Positions 60,659-64,000 of a stretch of DNA of 64,000 nt are shown one piece after another. Below the pieces are notes generated by a model. It saw nothing but the letters and a program-made list of their open reading frames with translations, made no database searches and was not told the DNA's origin. Position 1 is the first letter of the stretch. Each line of letters begins with the position of its first letter. Origin of the DNA: Planctomycetota bacterium (GTDB taxonomy: Bacteria; Planctomycetota; GCA-002687715; CAIWVZ01); NCBI GenBank assembly GCA_044222185.1, contig JBGANV010000001.1, positions 1,856,001-1,920,000 on the forward strand, given 5' to 3'. Position numbers and translations under genes: made by a program.

Positions 60659-61483
60659 TCAGTCTTTCCGCGATGGCGGCGTCGGCGCAACCGGGCGGGA
60701 GTCCGGTCGCGCTGGACCGTTCTCACGTACGGCAACGGGCACGTCCTCCGGCGACCGCGCCGCAGCGGCGCGAATGTGAGCCAGCGCGACGGAGCTCGTG
60801 GGATCCTCCGGCGCGATCGCGAACGCGGCGAGGAGTCGCTTCTCTGCGGCCGCGGGACGTCCCGCCTCGAGGATCGCCAGGGCCTCCTCTCGGATGCAGA
60901 GCAATCGAACCTGTTTCGGCAGCGTCTCCGCGTCCGCCGCCTGAAACTCGCGCGCCGCCGATTCGAAGCGGCGCAGGTCGCGAAGGAGAAGCCCCTTCAC
61001 CAGATGGACGAGGCTCGCCTCCGTCACCTGCCCGGGCACGTCTTCCACGGACGTCACTTCGATCCACGGCTGTCCCTTCAGGACGTGCGTGATCGTGCCG
61101 GAGATCCGGAAACGCTTGTAGGGCGTGGCCTGTGCGAACGCCCGAGCCTCCGGTGAACCACGCTTCACGAATAGCTGTCGAAAGTCCGACTCGTAGGCCT
61201 TCTTCTCCCAGAGCGGAGAGTCGTCCGGCCAGGCGACGAGGCTCTGCCAGTTCTCGGGGTCGAACTTGGTGAAGAACGCCTGTTCGTGTCGCCCGAGCTG
61301 GCGGAACTGGATCACGAACGAGAGCGGAGTGTCACGAAACCGGTCCGGCTGCGCGAGGACCCTCGACAGCTCCACGGCACGCTCCTGGAAGATGTCGTCC
61401 CACCACCCCGTGGGCGCCGACTGCTGCGCGAGCGCGCCCGCGGATGCCACGGATAGGAGGGCGAACCAAAGATGACGTGCCAC
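60659..61483 (-). CDS. Secreted hypothetical protein (OB-fold-like domain plus TPR-like helices)
   Basis: Signal peptide from GTG 61483 (MARHLWFALLSVASAGALAQ). Confidence 0.7.
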   Translation of the reverse strand: MARHLWFALLSVASAGALAQQSAPTGWWDDIFQERAVELSRVLAQPDRFRDTPLSFVIQFRQLGRHEQAFFTKFDPENWQSLVAWPDDSPLWEKKAYESDFRQLFVKRGSPEARAFAQATPYKRFRISGTITHVLKGQPWIEVTSVEDVPGQVTEASLVHLVKGLLLRDLRRFESAAREFQAADAETLPKQVRLLCIREEALAILEAGRPAAAEKRLLAAFAIAPEDPTSSVALAHIRAAAARSPEDVPVAVRENGPARPDSRPVAPTPPSRKD

Positions 61484-61556
61484 GGAATCCCCTTTCCGGC
61501 CGCGTTCAGGCCGCCTCGGATCCATCGGCACGAAAAACCGCCGGACTTGAGAGGTT

Positions 61557-62120
61557 TCACGCCTCCTTGCGGTAGAGCACGATCACGCTCCGGCCTGCCT
61601 CGCGGCGGTCGAACTCGACGAACGCCGGTGGGGCGGACACGTTCTCGCACTCCTCCGGGAACCGCCACACGATCACTGCGCCGGGCACGACCCGATCGGT
61701 GCCGGCCAGCGAAGCCAGAAGCCGCTCCAGGCGCTCCCGCCCCTCGGCGAAGAGCGGGAACGGAGGATCGACGAAGACGACCTGCGCATCGTGAGGCAGC
61801 CTGGCGTAATCGAGCCGGAATGCGTCGACACGCACGATCTTCGCTCGATCCTCGAAACGACATCCCGCGACGTTGTGTTCGAGGCAGGAGGCGGCCTCAC
61901 GGCCCCGCTCCACGAACACGCAGCGTTCGGCCCCGCGCGACAACGCTTCCAGTCCGAGGGCGCCTGAACCGGCGAAGATGTCGTAGACGCCGGGCACGAC
62001 GGCCGACTCCCGAAGCACGTTGAACAGCATCTGCTTCTGAGCGTCGAGCATGGGCCGCGTTCCCAGGCCCGGCGGAGCCTTCAATGCGCGTCCACGCGCC
62101 GTGCCGGTGATGATCCGCAT
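61557..62120 (-). CDS. rsmD: 16S rRNA m2G966 methyltransferase
   Basis: MRIITG.ARGR.L, TRP, DIFAGSGALGLEALSRGA and DPPF. Confidence 0.92.
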   Translation of the reverse strand: MRIITGTARGRALKAPPGLGTRPMLDAQKQMLFNVLRESAVVPGVYDIFAGSGALGLEALSRGAERCVFVERGREAASCLEHNVAGCRFEDRAKIVRVDAFRLDYARLPHDAQVVFVDPPFPLFAEGRERLERLLASLAGTDRVVPGAVIVWRFPEECENVSAPPAFVEFDRREAGRSVIVLYRKEA

Positions 62121-62174
62121 GGGCGCAAGAGTTACCACGCCGGCCGCAGTACCGCACCCGGGAGGCTCCACGCC

Positions 62175-62903
62175 ATGCCACGCCTGTTCCTGAACGTCGA
62201 TCACGTCGCCACCGTCCGCCAGGCGCGCCGCGCGAGCTACCCCGATCCGGTCGAGGCCGCGCTCCTCGCCGAATCGACGGGAACCGTCCACGGCATCACG
62301 GTGCATCTCCGCGAGGACCGCCGCCACATCCAGGATGCGGACGTGACCGCCATCCGCCGCCGTCTCGCGCTCCCACTGAACTTCGAGATGTCCTGCGCCC
62401 CCGAGATCGTCGCGTTCTGCGTTTCCGTGTCCCCTCCGCAGGCGACGCTCGTGCCCGAGCGGCGTGAGGAGGTCACGACCGAGGGCGGGCTCGACCTCGT
62501 AGGGAACTTCGAACGCGTCAGGACGGCAACCCGGACCCTCCAGGCGGCAGGGATCGCCGTGAGCCTGTTCATCGATCCCGACGCGGCCACCGTCGAACGC
62601 GCCCGAGACGTCGGCGCCACGCACGTCGAGCTGCACACGGGGCGATACTGCGACGCCGCGGGGCCCGCCCGCCGGCGCGAATGGGACGCCCTCGCCGCCT
62701 CCGCCGCCCACGCCCGGGCGCTCGGTCTCGAGGTCAACGCTGGCCACGGGCTGACTGCGGAAAATGTGGGCCCGGTCGCCGCCATTTCCGGGCTGACGGA
62801 CCTCAACATCGGCCACAGCCTGGTCGCACGGGCCATTTTCGTCGGGTTGCCCCAGGCCCTCCGGGAGATGCGCGACGCGATGGACCACCCCTCGCCCCTG
62901 TGA
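62175..62903 (+). CDS. pdxJ: Pyridoxine 5'-phosphate synthase
   Basis: NVDHVATVRQAR, HLREDRRHI, LVPE.REE.TTEGG, ELHTG, AGHGL and NIGH. Confidence 0.97.
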   Translation: MPRLFLNVDHVATVRQARRASYPDPVEAALLAESTGTVHGITVHLREDRRHIQDADVTAIRRRLALPLNFEMSCAPEIVAFCVSVSPPQATLVPERREEVTTEGGLDLVGNFERVRTATRTLQAAGIAVSLFIDPDAATVERARDVGATHVELHTGRYCDAAGPARRREWDALAASAAHARALGLEVNAGHGLTAENVGPVAAISGLTDLNIGHSLVARAIFVGLPQALREMRDAMDHPSPL

Positions 62904-62966
62904 CCTGCGCACGCGCGGGCCGTCTTCGGTTGCGCGATGGTCTACACGTTCGACTAGAATGCTCCC

Positions 62967-64000
62967 GTGGCGCGCATGACACCTCCTCGCGATTCGGGCG
63001 GACGAGTCCCCGCCACGCCTCGACCACGACTCACCGTCGACGTGGGAGGCGTCACCTTCCGGGTCGTCATCGGCACGGACGTGTTCTCGATCGGAAGCTC
63101 TCCCCGCTCGTCCTTGACGATCGAACGGCCCGGCGTCGCGGAGCACCATGCGGTCATCCAACGGGGTGACCAGGGCTACGAGGTCTTCGACCTGTGCTCG
63201 CCGGGCGGAACGACGGTCAATGGAGTCCGCGTCGAAGCCGCGCTGCTTCGCGCCGGCGACGCCATCGGCATCGGCGACGCCAGGCTCGCGTTCCTCGATG
63301 GTGCGGCGGCCCCCGATCCGACGGACGTTCGATCCGGGCTGACGGCAGAGATCCTGCCCCTCCTCGGCCTGCGTGACGAACAGACTTCGGCATACCCGAC
63401 GGCCGCGCCGGCTGCCCAGCCGCCGCCCACGGTCGTCGCCACGGAGGAGGCCATCACGCCTCGCGTGCCGATCGCCCTCGTTCGTGCCGCGCCGTTACGC
63501 TCGTTTCGCGCGTTCATCGCCGAGGAGCCGAGCGCACGGAACGCACACGAATGGCTCGTCGCACAGGCGAAGCGCATGCCGTACATCGCGGTCGCGATGA
63601 TGCTCCACGTGGTCGCCGTGCTGCTCGTGTCGCTGGGACCGTGGGAGCGCAAGCGCGCGTTCGAAGACGCTCCGACGGAGGCCGTGATCTCGGCCGAGAT
63701 CGTCTTCACTCCGGTCACGGATGTGCCCGTCGTGGAGCCGCACGACTCGGTCGCCGAGCTTCCGCGCGCTGACGACGAGGCCGTCGTCATTCCGAGCGGA
63801 ACCCCGGAGGGCGAAGCCGCTGCGACGGACGCGTTGCCCACTTCAGGAAGCGACGGACCGGTACCCGACTTCGGTGTGCCGATGGCCGACGACGCGGGCA
63901 CGGGGCTCCCCGCCGGGAATGGCACGGACGTCATCGGCGTCGGGCCGGGAGGATTCGGCGGCGGCGAAGGTGAGCACGGTGCGCGCGGTGCGGGGTTGGA
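62967..64000 (+). CDS. FHA domain protein with TM helix and acidic/Pro-rich linker; runs off the right edge
   Basis: Hand translation: FSIGS...GVAEHHAVI...DL.S.GGTTVNG...LRAGD.I.IG, then TM IAVAMMLHVVAVLLV. TAGAAT lies 6 nt before the in-frame GTG (alternative ATG 62976). Confidence 0.85.
   Translation, partial: MARMTPPRDSGGRVPATPRPRLTVDVGGVTFRVVIGTDVFSIGSSPRSSLTIERPGVAEHHAVIQRGDQGYEVFDLCSPGGTTVNGVRVEAALLRAGDAIGIGDARLAFLDGAAAPDPTDVRSGLTAEILPLLGLRDEQTSAYPTAAPAAQPPPTVVATEEAITPRVPIALVRAAPLRSFRAFIAEEPSARNAHEWLVAQAKRMPYIAVAMMLHVVAVLLVSLGPWERKRAFEDAPTEAVISAEIVFTPVTDVPVVEPHDSVAELPRADDEAVVIPSGTPEGEAAATDALPTSGSDGPVPDFGVPMADDAGTGLPAGNGTDVIGVGPGGFGGGEGEHGARGAGL

Overview
A high-GC bacterial chromosomal segment. 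The gene content points to an uncultured Planctomycetota lineage (inference): an ECF sigma fused to a TM helix and extracellular repeats, a DUF3352-like protein, orphan secretin/GspK genes, and a riboswitch-controlled FliA/WhiG sigma. Most of the window is housekeeping: asnS, dxs-ispA-xseB, xseA, pabB/pabC, xerC-like, carB, nadA, thiD, tdk, purB, rluB-like, manA, recN, rsmD and pdxJ. Five items deserve a second look. (1) A c-di-GMP-I riboswitch (about 50509-50600, minus) precedes a FliA/WhiG sigma whose RBS sits in a hairpin, within a cluster of probable c-di-GMP receptors and secretion parts. (2) Two ~190-bp structured direct repeats with GGAGCGC/GCGCTCC ends bracket a hicBA toxin-antitoxin pair right at the asnS stop codon. 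(3) A sigma54-type operon at the left edge ends in a GT4 glycosyltransferase missing from the ORF track. (4) Two secreted proteins inserted between xseA and xseB, plus an orphan relic, share an unnamed C-terminal domain that may be a sorting signal. (5) A DUF58 gene appears to start at CTG. No tRNA, rRNA, CRISPR array or transposase was recognised. Family assignments come from motif recognition by eye, not database searches.
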